A stretch of DNA of 64,000 bases from Tubulanus polymorphus (lineage: Eukaryota; Animalia; Nemertea). Positions within the stretch are counted from its first letter, which is position 1; the number at the start of each line of letters is the position of its first letter. The notes under the pieces are model-generated. The model saw only the letters and a list, made by a program, of their open reading frames with translations. It was not told the DNA's origin and did no database searches. Positions 24,704-38,600 of the stretch are shown here, piece after piece. Position numbers and translations under genes: made by a program. The stretch lies in the NCBI RefSeq assembly GCF_964204645.1, contig NC_134030.1:7358778-7422777 (forward strand), in the 5' to 3' direction.

Positions 24704-27071
24704 CTCGAGCAAGAGATAATTCTCTGATTTCAGTGCCGATATATATGAACGATGACGACGGACATTAAAATTTCATTAGACGATATCAGTTTACTAAGCC
24801 ATTAGATCTGTGTGTGTTTCTTTTTCCCCGATTCAAAGAATACCATGTGGAAAATACTGGTCATCATTACGCACGTGACTAGTTCATTGTCGAAATGTGC
24901 AGTAGTTTTTTTTCCTGTTGCAGACGCATTTTCTTATTATCGTTTGAGAACCCAAAATTGACAAATAGATTGTCGGAATTTGAACGTTGTTGCCTGGGTT
25001 ATTCATTCTCGAGGCCATTGGCTTCATCAGACCTGACTACCTCTACTATTTGTGGGTAGTTACTTCTCTTTCTAGGACTCAATTATTATAAAAATCTGAA
25101 TGATTTCTAGTTCATTTTAAATGAAACGACTATTTTCGATGTCAAATTGTGGTGCAAGTTATTACAAAAGTAGAAAGCAAGGTAGTCGGGGTCTGCTTTG
25201 CGCTCCTAAACATGCCAGAATCTTTGTATTGGAATGATGTTGTGCATGGACTTGCATGAACTTGATATAAATCGGCTCGACGACGAAATAACTAAAAAAT
25301 TGATTGGTTTGTTGGGAAATGGTTTGTTGTTTCGTCGTAGCAATAATATGTTGTATATGTAATATCATAGCAATCGGGGTTTATAGCTGAGCTACTGAAT
25401 TGCAATGATGATGCTTCAGGCATCAACTAACTTAATCAAATTTCGCGCATTGTTCACTTGTCCACAGGTAACTGTGGACAAATTTTGTGATTGTAAGCCA
25501 ATATGTCTGATTTTTACGATCATTCCCAGGGAGTTGCCCGACCCCGAAACTGCTGTCACTTTCCGAAATCGTGATATACGAAGCTGTTGCGTTGTTCTCT
25601 TCTAAGCGCCGACGAAATGCTGCCAAACGTCTATTTGAATAATTCTTCCTGTGTTAATTGCTCGATCTAAGACAAGCTGCGACAAATGTGATTAAATCGC
25701 AGACTCATGACTTGAATACCCGGTAGCTCGGCACATACTATCTTCAGTCTGGTCATGAGTTCACGCGGGCACATGCTGGTAGAACGCTATACTGCTGGCA
25801 CATGATGACTGGCGCGGGTCAATACGTTGTAAGCCGTGATCCTTTAAGCGTTTTTGAATGTGGCCAAATTTGGCATTTGCCACATTAGGCCTGGGTCACA
25901 CCGGTGAAAAAAGCAAGGCTTGTAGCATAAAAGGAAAACAAAAAGGAGATATTTTAGTTATACGACAACGAGAATGATTTGAAATCGCTTCGATCGATCG
26001 ATTGATGCCACGACTCAAGAATTGACGCGTTAACTAGATTTAGCATCGAGCCAACTCGATCAGACATGATACGATTCTATAAGTCTCTCTCGACGCTCTG
26101 ATCTACAGTTAATGAGAACCGGATAACAGCGGCAATTAATTGTCGCAGACTATAACGAGTCGCAATCCAGTATTAACCCTTTAACTCACTGACCACTATT
26201 CATCTCTATCAAGATGGTGATGAAATCTAGGACTTTTCGCCCATTTCTATAAAGAAAAAGATGCCGATTAATGACTATAGCTGCGATCATACAGGAGACG
26301 ATTTCGAGAGATTTTTATTTCGTTTTAATTAACAATGCTAATTGATCGAGCTACGAACGACTAATTTGGAATCATTGAATTCAATTAGCGCTGATTGAAA
26401 TTTTAGGTAACACTTTTTCCATATTTCTTGAAATCGGTTATTCGTTCTTCTATCGGATCTATTAATAAGTTCACCGTGGACGTGGTTATTGATTGTGGGT
26501 ATGGCAGATGACAATACGTAGTTTTAGATATCGATGAAGCCTCGCTTAAAGACAAAGGTTTTTTTTCTAAATTAAAGTTCTATACTATAAAAGGATAGGC
26601 TTATGGGACCTTGACTAGTTTAGCTTCATTGATCATTAGGGATGGTATTGTTTTGGTGTGGATGTAAGTGTTCAATGAAGATTTACTTAGTGTCAATGTG
26701 ACGGTCATATTTATACTTTATATCCAAACCCACAAACCTGATGGTTCAAAAGAACTCGATAATGGACAATGTGTGAACGTGATGTCTGTTGTTTGTCTAT
26801 TAACGAAAACATTTTGTACTCGCAAAAAATAGTCTTCATTTGACTGAATGTTTCATTCTCTTCTTATTAGGTGTCTGAGAGATGGCTTTTCATATGATAT
26901 GACATTATACAGACTAATAACTGATAGAAAGGTAAGGTTTTTTTAATGATTGCAGCATTGATTCTTATTGATGCGTGCTGGCTGTACACACGCTGACTGA
27001 GTTCACTTATTAGGCTTTTTGGCAAACGCTTTGACAATGTTGAGTCATTTATATATATTTCAAACCTCAAA

Positions 27072-27483
27072 TGTTCTTGGGCTTCCGTTATACCCCTTCT
27101 GCTTATTCTCAAACCATCTGTATGTCTGTGTACATGTGTCTGTCTCTTTCAGCTACTTAGTTTTGTTAATGGTGGGTTGATCTTGATGAAACTCTAGTGT
27201 ATGTTAGTATGGGGGTCTAGTTGTGCAATGCAAAGAATGTGCCCAGTGTGCCACCCAGTGGCGAAACTAGGAATTAAAAATTGTTTTTCAGGGACACAAC
27301 CTCGAAGACGACCTCATAAATGAGCAACAAGGAATAGGAATTCAAAAAGTTGTCTTTACAAAATTTAGTTATTGGCCGATATACAACATATCCGAAATGC
27401 AATGGGAACTAACCCATTGTAATTTCGGAGTTCGAGCCTGAGCCCGAGAACCAAAAAAAACCATTGTTGCCTATGGCTTGTTT
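27072..27483 (+). mobile_element. Helentron-associated non-autonomous element (HINE/DINE-1-like), copy 1
   Basis: Subterminal inverted repeat GTTCTTGGGCT / AGCCCGAGAAC, (GTCT)-type microsatellite, GATCTTGATGAAA core, and 3' mini-hairpin CCAT..ATGG followed by CTTGTTT. Colinear with 55465-55809. Confidence 0.75.
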
Positions 27484-27745
27484 TGCTATCTTAATTTGGT
27501 CATTGCGTTTTGTGAGCTCAGCAGTGGCTTCACGACTCATGAGGTTTAGTATCGATATCGATGATGCGGGAATCGAGCATACTTTGTAGATTGCCGAGTG
27601 TTGTAACGACATGTTCGAAATCTTAAAAGATGAATGTTTTGAGTATTAATCAGATGTCGAGAGCGTTTTTATACCGTCACTAGTGCAACTTGATGACTGT
27701 TTACATTCATCAAAAACCACTTGGACTGTTTGCACGTCATCTTCA

Positions 27746-27748
<3 letters not shown>

Positions 27749-27776
<28 letters not shown>
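27749..27776. repeat. (AG)n microsatellite
   Basis: Read directly. A shorter (AG)n tract lies at ~42026-42045. Confidence 0.95.
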
Positions 27777-27780
<4 letters not shown>

Positions 27781-28683
27781 TGTTTGCCGAGGTCTCACCA
27801 GTAAACTCTGTATATGCGGAAACTGAACCCGCGTCCATGAATGTTAATATATTTTTTCGCCGGTATTTCCGTCGCCATGTCTTTGAGCGATTCTCGCCCG
27901 AATCATTTTCATTCGTCCGTAATAAAAGCGGATCATTGTGCTTTAATAACCGCTAGTAAAGATGTTCGTCGCCTTCATTTTCGGCGGCATATATGCACGG
28001 AAATATGTCGCGACCGTCGGCAAAATGAAAATTCTTGTCTCCGAGGAAAAAGTTTAATATCATAATGTAGTAGCTGGTTATGAAGAAATTCCCTTAAAAG
28101 TAAAACAGAAAAAGAAAAGAACAGAGGATGGTGGAGTTCATTTCGGCATGCTCTTATTTAGAAAACTGATATTTCTGTTTTTAGTGGATATGTTACGAGG
28201 TATGTTACGGGTTATAAATCGATATCACCTGATATTGAGTATATCTACCTTCTTCTTCGACGTCGACTTAGAAATGAGATTAGATCTATTTTTGACGGAG
28301 TGAATTTTTGAGATTTCAATCAGCTTGCGGGAAGGCGGTGTTCTATCGCCAGCTCTAGATCTGTACGCGCTGCCGATGTTCGACGTCGTTTGTCGCAATA
28401 TTTCTCTGTTTGGGCGATTGCTCGCGCTGACGCTGTCAAAACGCGCGCTACGCAAAAGACTTGAGCGTCTCGATTTTTCGCGCTCGCGCCATTGATTTCC
28501 CATCGCGATTGATCAATCGGAGCATAGAAACGCAATTAGTCGTCAAGCAGAAAAATAGCTGCTTAATCAAATCGGTATTCGTTATGTCGCGCTACAAGTT
28601 TCAGGAATATAGTCATCGGAATTCCCTAACACTTTCAGCCCTGATTTGTTGTATCTAATTAAAATCAATTATAAGTCATTTTA

Positions 28684-30210
28684 GAACCAGGCAAGTACCA
28701 AAATTAAGAGAACCATGGCATAAAACTAATTCATTCACAAAGTAAGAACCAGGCATGCACCGAAATCAACGAGAACCATGGCATAAACCTCTAATTCATT
28801 CACACACAGGAGGAACCAGGCATGTACCGAAGTTAAAGAGAACCATGGCATAAACCTTTAATTCATTCACACATAGGAGGAACCAGGCATGTACTGAAGT
28901 TAAGAGAACCATGGCATAAACCTCTAATTCATTCACACACAGGAGGAACCAGGCATGTACTGAAGTTAAGAGAACCATGGCATAAACCTCTAATTCATTC
29001 ACACATAGGAGGAACCAGGCATGTACCGAAGTTAAAGAGAACCATGGCATAAACCTTTAATTCATTCACACATAGGAGGAACCAGGCATGTACTGAAGTT
29101 AATAGAACCATGGCATAAACCTCTAATTCATTCACACACAGGAGGAACCAGGCATGTACTGAAGTTAAGAGAACCATGGCATAAACCTCTAATTCATTCA
29201 CACATAGGAGGAACCAGGCATGTACCGAAGTTAAAGAGAACCATGGCATAAACCTTTAATTCATTCACACATAGGAGGAACCAGGCATGTACTGAAGTTA
29301 ATAGAACCATGGTATAAACCTCTAATTCATTCACACATAGGAGGAACCAGGCATGTACCGAAGTTAAAGAGAACCATGGCTTAAACCTTTAATTCATTCA
29401 CACATAGGAGGAACCAGGCATGTACTGAAGTTAAGAGAACCATGGCATTAACCTCTAATTCATTCACACACAGGAGGAACCAGGCATGTACTGAAGTTAA
29501 GAGAACCATGGCATAAACCTCTAATTCATTCACACATAGGAGGAACCAGGCATGTACCGAAGTTAAAGAGAACCATGGCATAAACCTTTAATTCATTCAC
29601 ACATAGGAGGAACCAGGCATGTACTGAAGTTAATAGAACCATGGCATAAACCTCTAATTCATTCACACATAGGAGGAACCAGGCATGTACCGAAGTTAAG
29701 AGAACCATGGCATAAACCTCTCATTCAGTCACACACAGGAGGAACCAGGCATGTACCAAAATTAAGAGAAATATGGCATAAACCTCTAATTTAGTCACAC
29801 ACAGGAGGAACCAGGCATACTGAAGTTAAGAGAACCATAGCATAAACCTCTGATTCAGTCACACACAGGAGCAACCAGGCATGTACCAAAATTAAGAGAA
29901 CTATGGCATAAACCTCTAATTTAGTCACACACAGGAGGAACCAGGCATGTACCGAAGTTAAAGAGAACCATGGCATAAACCTTTAATTCATTCACACACA
30001 GGAGAAACCAGGCATGTACTGAAGTTAAGATAACTATGGCATAAACCTCCAATTCAGTCATACACAGGAAGAACCAGGCATGCACCGAAATTAAGAGAAC
30101 TATGGCATAAACCTTGAATTCATTCACACGCAGGAGGAACCATGCATATACCAAAATTAAATGAACCGTCGTATAAACCTTTAATTCATTCACATACAGG
30201 AGGAACCAGG
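28684..30210. repeat. Minisatellite/satellite array, 66-67 bp unit, ~23 copies
   Basis: Consensus GGAACCAGGCATGTAC(C/T)GAAGTTAA(A)GAGAACCATGGCATAAACCT(C/T)TAATTCATTCACACA(C/T)AGGA repeated head-to-tail. Confidence 0.97.
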
Positions 30211-32503
30211 ATGGCATTAACCGTGTGAATCAAACAAATAAAAGTACAGTTTAATATGCACTAACGGAAAAATAAAAACTATATGAGTGGTTTTAATGAA
30301 TTCAAGTGGAACTGGGCGTTGGGGTTTATGGATGATCAAAATTTCCGTCATGTATGGAAAGCAAGTCCATCTGTGATTTCCATCATTGAGCTTTGTATGA
30401 TCAGTCTTTAAGGTTGCGTGACTGGTAGTTGTTATGGTTGGCGTACTTGACACCCTACTGTTTCGTGTTGACACCCTTTGGCACTTTATTAACATTGAAA
30501 ATGAATACCTCTCCAACATCCAGCCGGCTTTAGGAAAACAGCCACGTTACATGCAAACGTTATGATTTCGAATCATAACTGGCCATTCAGCCCTTCGATC
30601 CAACTTGTTTCGAAACTTAATCTGTAATTTAGTCTATCACCAGATTGTGGATGAATGTTTAAAAAGACAGCAGGAACAGGTTAATTAACTACACCGCAGA
30701 TCATGTAATTTCGTAAAATACAGTGTGGCTATTTCTGCATAACCATGTTTCCCATATCGAGTCTACATTAGTGTAATCAACATGAAATTCATATCGCTTG
30801 AATGAAACTTAAGAAAAAAGATAAGATAAATGGAAATATTTCGAAGCCTATCGAGATTAAACTGCGATGTTGCTTGAAAAGTTTTTCGTGTGGGATTCTT
30901 CGCTGAGACGTGACTTCGGGCCAAATTTCCTTTATTTCAGTAAACGTATCTTTCAAATCTCGACCGCTAAAAAGCAACGAAGATCAAAATTTCGTCTCCA
31001 ATTTCAATTTTCAAAGACGTTTAACCCCTCGGAGCGAAAACTCGCCGAATATGCGATGCGTCGAGTTAACGTTTTGTGAATGCGTTATTTGCTTTTTACT
31101 CTCGACTGATCTCAACGGAAACGCGATTCAGTTCGCGTTTTTAAAACTTTGATATCCATCGCGTTGATTTCTCTTGTCGAGTCTAATCAGGCAAAAACTT
31201 GACGAGCAAAAAGATTTCCAGCTCGAACTATGTTTCTCGGCAACACACGAATCGCGCGTTGTCGTGTGTGTATGTGTGAGTTGTTACTTCAGGCTGTTCG
31301 ATTTGCGTCGCGTTAGTTTTTGAGCAAGCCGAACAGCGTAAATAACGACGAGAAACGACAGAATTTCTAAAAAAGCGAACGCAGCGATGACTGACGACGA
31401 GATGAAAAATATTAGAGTTGATGACGCCGACAGTTCTACCTGTCGTTTTTGAAGGTTGACAACGCCAACTGCGACGATGACGATAAAGATGTTCGTTATA
31501 CCGTGGAAGTTGATTACGCTTTCATCGCCGCTTCAGCTTATCCCGATGCTCGGATGCTGGCGGTAATGATGCCGTCTTCGCTGCTGGTGCTGCGATGTCT
31601 GGAAGTTGAAGTCGCAGTGAGGTGCTTTTTTATCCGCCTATACTTGTTAGTACTTTGACGTTGGTTGATGGATTTCTCCGCCATGACATTAACTCTTGTT
31701 TTTAATGATTCATCCCACGAGTACGAAAAGTTCCGCATGATCTGGGATGATTTTTGTAACGCAGCTGACTCTTATCGCAGGTTACGAATTATAAATGCAT
31801 TTCAAGAACAGATTTGGTAATGGGTTGTGTGTATGAAGGGTATTTACGAAGGCATCTAAGGAAGTATCTTAAAAATGGCTGCTTATAGGAAATACTTCTT
31901 GAGAAACCTATTTTTTGCAAAGCTTGCAGATTTTATTATGTTACTGAATCGAAAAAGGAAAGCCCTGCATAATTTTCAATGTTTCGTTGTAGCCCACCTG
32001 GTCAGCATTAGATAAGCGTTAGGTTGGTTTCACCCTGTTACGTTACACAAGAAAAGGCTTCTCCCCTTTTTCGTAGAACCGCTAATGTTACAACGGCGTC
32101 TGCTCCCTTGCATACTGTGACAGGTTGCTTGTAGATGATAAGAATACAATATTTGATTAATGAAGAAATAGATCGTCCTTGAAATGATGTTTGTGTGTTG
32201 TATGTAGTTTTCTTGGAAATGGTCTCGCTGGTTTCACCTCTCACCGTTGTGTGTTCTACTGTTTCATGTCTTCTACATTTTGTCATGCCTCAGGTGGACT
32301 TGTAAATAGATTTCTACGGATGACGTTATGACCCCTAGACCCAGTTCAGTTTTTAGGTTAACTGGGGAGGGGAGTCTAAGTGTAACTTACGTTAACTGGG
32401 GAGGAGAGTCATAGAGTAACTTGGGTTGAAACCAAAAATGATATCGAAAACATCTAAAACTTGAGGCTGGATATCTTACAGCTCGTTGTATTGGTTCTTT
32501 TCA

Positions 32504-32609
32504 CTGGAGGGTTCATGTACATAGTTGAAAATGAACCTCTGGAGGGTTCATGTACATAGTTGAAAATGAACACTGGAGGGTTCATGTACATATAGTTGAA
32601 AATGAACCT
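32504..32609. repeat. Tandem repeat, ~35 bp x3
   Basis: CTGGAGGGTTCATGTACATAGTTGAAAATGAAC(CT) occurs three times. Confidence 0.9.
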
Positions 32610-35290
32610 TTGGTTGATATATGATGCAATTAAATATATCGGGTAACAAACATATTATAAAAGCTGAAAATTTTACAATACCTTCTTCTCTGTCCTGAAA
32701 GTCCATAAGCTCAACAGGTGGAAACATGTGTGGATAGTTTTTTTTAACAGAAACCTCCTTGTTTTGGGACGTATTTAACTTTGATTTATTACGCTTTAAA
32801 ATTGATTTACAACCGCCCTCTGATTGTACCCTAGTAGTAAAATGACTGATATTAATAACTACCTGAGAAATGGTTCAACAAAATGCATCACGTTGCTTCC
32901 TGAATTTACATGTTAGAACAGCCGACGAATGCGTTCTGTCTCTGATGTCGTCGCCGTTAGTTTGATTTAATCGTCTTCCCCGGTGGCGGGACGTGCGCGC
33001 GCTCACATAACCCCTTACGTTTATAAATTACCGATGTCATGATGTTGAAGTGGTTTTAAATGTGCATTTCCAGCCGTTGGCCCTTGTCGTCGTAGACAGG
33101 CTTGTCATTAAAATCAGTAAAAGTTCACCAGTTACGCGAAGCGTAGAATCATGTAGCTTTTTTATCCCATTGGAAATTAATTCTTCATCCGGCTTTTATG
33201 AGAAAATCATACTGTAACATATATTTCAGTACCTGAACTATGACGCTTAATAGTGTGGGATTAGATATCGGGATTGAACTGTACTAGTTGTTTAACTGAG
33301 TTAGTTTCTAAGGATTGTGTTGAAGTCGACTTATGTGGCCTTTGCGACCAGTCACAACTGACCGCGTGACAAGCAGTTGTGAGTTGACCTACGCAGGTAA
33401 ACTGATTGTTAAGTGTATTTGATATTTGTAGCTATTCCTGATGTATCAAAAACCCTAGGTCTTTGATAATGAATTCAAAATCTTATCCAATAAAAGATAA
33501 ACTGTAATTCTCCTTTGCAATTCTATACTGGTTAAGCCCAGGTTTGGTTTCGGTTCCTATCGCTTTAGTCGCAAATCTTGGCAGCGTAATGGGCTCCGTA
33601 TCGAATATCCAGTAGAAATTTTGTGTAATTTTTTAATGCTAATCGCATGATTGGCATTGATTTTTGTACGCTAAAACACATTATGAAAAACGCTTTTATC
33701 CTCTCCGTTAGATCAATCGATATAAACCCAAGCGCTTAATACAAAATCCATATCTACCACTGATTGTACTTTGCCTTTAGTGAAAATCCTTCAATCCGCA
33801 ATTCCAGTTGGAAAGGTCATAGCATCGCTGACTTTCCTCAAACGAATGTTATATGATCCTACGAATGTGCATAAACGCTAGAAATAAGATCCGTACATAT
33901 TAGATTAATGCCCTGAAGTTGTTGAAAGAACTTATTGTACCCCGCATTCACTCACTATGAAGCCGTAATCTGGAAAGTTTTTAGAGATATGTGAGGTGCA
34001 ACAATGAATCTCGTGTTAGTCGAATCCTCTTGAGACATCTGGTAGATTGAGAGGTACTGATTCAGCCATACAGAAACCTGAGATGGCCCAGTCAACGAGT
34101 GCGTATCCATAAACCCGTGAGATTAATTAGTCACAGAATTATTCACATTTATGGGACTCGGCCGATAGAGACGTGGCTGTATTTCGTTTTTAAAAGAAGA
34201 TCTAATGAAAAATTCAACGAAATGCTACAAAAAACAACTTAGAAACAAACGGAAAACAAACTCGCTTGATTGATGAGAGCCAGGCGTCATAGATAATATA
34301 GAATTAACTGTCAAATGACGAATTAAAAATTCATCCTTATTGGAAAATAGCCGAGCAATGTTTGCTGTGCGAATCAATTATTCAGTATCATTTACGCTGA
34401 TAATTGCGCGATGAAAACCGTTATAACTAATTTAAAGCCAAACACTTTTGTAACTGTCTGCGCCGAGCGACTGTGGTAATTTCGGTTTTTTGAAGGCGAA
34501 TGAAAATTTATGCACTCCTAGCTGCCACTGGTTGCGTTAGCTTATTGAGATTTAATGAGACTATTGTCACCCAACCTCACCATCATCATAACCCTTACAT
34601 ATGAATACACACATTCTTTTCTACTTATGCTGCCACCGTTGACTGTTTTCTGAAACAAACAAACAATTAGGTTTGTTGATGTCACAGGAATTTCAAGAAA
34701 AATAGCTATAAACTGACTTCTGTTTACTGAAAGGTTATAAAACTATAAAAAGAGACTTTAACCCTTTCATAGCCTTTTCCTATCTCCACTGGACTAATCA
34801 TCTAATTGATGGTTAGTATCTAGAATCATCAGTTAGAAGTCATCGTTTTGTTCACTCCCGTCATTTCGGGCATCAAATGGCAGTGAACAGTGACCTTTTA
34901 CTTCGATTTGATCGCTACGGGCATCCGCTCATGCCGGGCGTATGAACTCGTTGTTGAATTGAATCATCGCCATCGAGCAAGAAATATGCTTGCGTGCCCC
35001 TGGGTTTTGTAAACTACTGCACTACCTCTATAGGGTATTAATTAGTAAAATTGGGTTTATGCTTGCATCATGCTGGTGCACAATTAAAGTTAATTTTCAT
35101 GTTTTTTAGATATGTAAAAACTGTTAGTGAAATCTTTTTATGTATTGATAACCACTATGCGTTATTTTAGGGGTTCTGTGTGAGTTGATGTGCAATACTT
35201 CATCAATATTGGTGTTTAAAAATAACCATATCGATCTTTCGTGTTGTATTACTTACATTATATCATTCATTCTCAACAATTTTTAGCAAG

Positions 35291-35292
<2 letters not shown>

Positions 35293-35378
<86 letters not shown>
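35293..35378. repeat. (AT)n microsatellite
   Basis: Read directly from the sequence. Confidence 0.97.
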
Positions 35379-35382
<4 letters not shown>

Positions 35383-35502
35383 GGCATCAATGAACTTTGA
35401 GGTTCCTTTTTCCTTCAAGTCGAGCACCTTCATACCAGAAATTGTGACATTAATAACTGTTCCTGAAAGAGGAGAGGTAACTCTTTGGAGCCACCTGTAT
35501 CG

Positions 35503-35607
35503 CAGAGCTGCCAACGTTTCCCGATTTTGAGCATTTTTTACTATTTTATAACAAAAATTACTGATTTGATTTGTTCGCATAGCATTTTTCGATGGTTGTC
35601 AGCCCTG
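35503..35607. mobile_element. Short hAT-like MITE
   Basis: Termini CAGAGCTGCCAAC / GTTGTCAGCCCTG (11/13 inverted match). No TSD visible. Confidence 0.5.
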
Positions 35608-38600
35608 AAATAGTGACGCCCACTGCTTGCAGATGATATCTCGTAAAACAAATATATTTTCGCTGAAATGGATAATAACCGTAGAGCTGTTTCAGTCTTT
35701 TATCAGTCGATGAACAGTCGAATGTGTGCCAATAGTAATGAGTAATGTATTTAAGAGGCTTTAATGATTTTTTATTCAGTGGTTCTTGATTTGTGAGCTG
35801 ATGACGATAAGCTGATTATGTCTACACATTTCAATGGATTTGGCCAATCTTTGTGTTTTCGCGTGGGATTAGGCAAATGAAATCAACTTGGTTTTTCTCG
35901 ACGATAGATGTTAACAGCCAGTCACTGACAGGTCTAATGTTTCAGCCAATTAAATATTCCGTCAACACGCGCAGTGCACGTCGTGGAATTCAATGCCATC
36001 TTTTGGTTGAGTCGAAAACCAACGGCATTTTTGTGTCACATCCAATTGTACAAGATGTCAGCATTTTTGGAGGATGGCTGGAAATGTTATCGTAAATACT
36101 AAGTGATGTTGGCATCTGGATACCGGCAACGTTTCTGAGGGATCGTTAGTGGCACACGTCAATTTCCTTCTACATTACAATCAAATAACAATTTATTTTT
36201 CTCATAAGTAAAAAAATTTTCAGCGAAATCTGTAGCACACACCGATTGACAAAGCGGATCTTATATTAATCCAATGACATGTTTAAAAATTTTGTATTTG
36301 GGAGCCTAAAACACAAGTTTGAATTTTATTGAAAATGAACTGATTTTCAATACCTATGACTCTATGTGTTTTGTTGGGCCGTCTGGTGGTCGGTCGGTAT
36401 TCCATTCTTAGACGAGGACCGAAAAAGAACTAAGGAGATGAAAATATAATTAAGTTTTCGAGTCTTGAAAAGCACTGAAAGGTGATTGAAAAAGAATGCG
36501 ATTTTGTCTTACGAAAGTCACGCGGAAAGCCTACAGGGCATACACCTGGTGACAATGATGTATGGAGACAGGAGAGATAGCGTTAAATGGATGTGAGGGG
36601 CGAGGGGACGAGGGAGGGGGGAGGTAGAGGGAGTGACAGATCAACAGTCAACGGATGTCGGTATTTTTCTAACGGTTGCCGACGACGATTCTGACACAAA
36701 AATCCCATTAAAGCGGTTTTGATTAAAGGCTGAAATATGAAGATAATAGCAGACGTTGACTACGGCATCATTAATGTTTGTTACAGCCACGTAACAACCT
36801 GCTGCACCAGACTAAAATCTAGTGCCGTGTTGATTTTTTTTCTCGAAGAGTGCAGTACCTTTTGCATATCTCGGGGATAACAAATAAATACATGTTTAAG
36901 ATACCCGTGAAATCCTTATTCAATCGCCCAAAGTTGGGAAAATTACTTTTCTTTTAAGGGGAAAGTCAAATCAAAGTGGCCACCCTGATTAATTGATTAG
37001 CAATTAACTCTTATATTATTATTATAGTGAGAACTAGTATTCTATCTGTTTCCATCATCGGTTAGTACCGCATTGCCGAGCTTTTAATAAAACCAGATGG
37101 TTGGTACTTGCCAGCAAAATTGGTCTCATTCCAGTAAAAGTTGACATTGTGACTATGAAACATTTATTACTTGTGAATCGCGAACTATTCGTAGAAAGTT
37201 TCCATAACGCATAGCAAGACAATGAATAATACGTGGAACATGTTTAAGTGAGCTGGTTACACAGTCTCAGACTCTTGTTGGTCATTAATTATTCGATGCT
37301 GTTTGCTGTTAATTCGCCGCAATCATAAATGAGTGCAAGTGCTGTTTGCGGTGTGACGACTGGCCAAGTGCTCTAATCACAAATATCCTAATATATCACT
37401 GTCTCATAATTAGCGATGTTATTATGTGTGCTGGTTGCTGAGTCATTATTTACCCTGGAGAAAAGTAACATTCCTTTTTAGTTGCTAATAACCTCCTATG
37501 GGTTATGTCGTTTTCTTTCAATCTAGCCGTCATACGTGTCAACTGGATCCAGTTCCACAGTTACGAGTTCAGATATATCCCCGAGTTTAAAACATTTGAA
37601 ATGAACTAAATTTCACCTTCAACTCTGTATCTCAAAACTCGTCATGGTTCCACTCGTGGAACTGGTCATGTTTTCTGAATTATGATATATATATTATTAT
37701 ATATTCTATATATATATATATATTAATCGAAATTAGATTTTTTGCTGCTGAAGTATTCCGTTTGCCATTAGTTTCCGATTTCAGTGTTTGGTGTTGTTTC
37801 GTTTCTCTGCGATGAACAGTTGAATAATTAATGTTTTTTGATAGGTTCGAGTCGGGAAGGCTTCCCTATCGATTTTCACGGGTATGGTTCCCTCCCTGCG
37901 ACATGACGCTCGACCGCATGCACGGTGTGTTAAAAATTTAATTAGTTTGAATGATGCGGGTGTACATATAGAGTTCTGAGGGATATCGATCTCCAGAACT
38001 CGCTTCCAAAGTTTCCTAATTGGACTTCAACAAACTTTTCTTTTTCCACTAGTAATTTGATCGATGAACTCTTCCGGGTAAGATGGCTGTGAAAAGATAA
38101 AATTCCGGCCAATTCGTCTCAATCTATTGGAATAGGGCCAGAATGAAGGCGATGAGTCCTGAGCTTGTTGCGTTTGTGCACTGCTCGTAATAATAGAATA
38201 GAATCCGATGCTAATAAAGCACAGATATACGTGTGTAAACGGATCTGAGCAAACGAGTTCAGGATGGAAAATGATGAGAAATCAATATCTAATTGTTATA
38301 ACGACATGTGTACAAGTTTCATACAGTACGACGAACGATTCCGTGTTTAGGCTGGCGACTGAAAACTCCATGCTCAAATGACTATTCACCCCTATTTTTT
38401 TTCGGCGAAGCAATTAGCAATACTGTGGGTGTAGTAATAACGTATTTTCTGGTGAAAGAACACTCGCAAATTTGTGTGAAGTGCGCGTGAACGTATTTCA
38501 TCAGATTTAACAGCGAAGATTGTTTCCATTCGTTCGGGAGTTCAACGTCGTCGACTAGATTCATTGACTTCGGTAATTAGTGCTGTTTAATCATGAACAG

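Noticed and set aside
28684-30210. CRISPR array or repetitive membrane-protein ORFs (VLLTSVHAWFLLCVNELEVYAM)n
   Set aside because: There are no unique spacers; whole units repeat. The ORFs arise because 66 is divisible by 3 and are frameshifted at each 67-bp unit.
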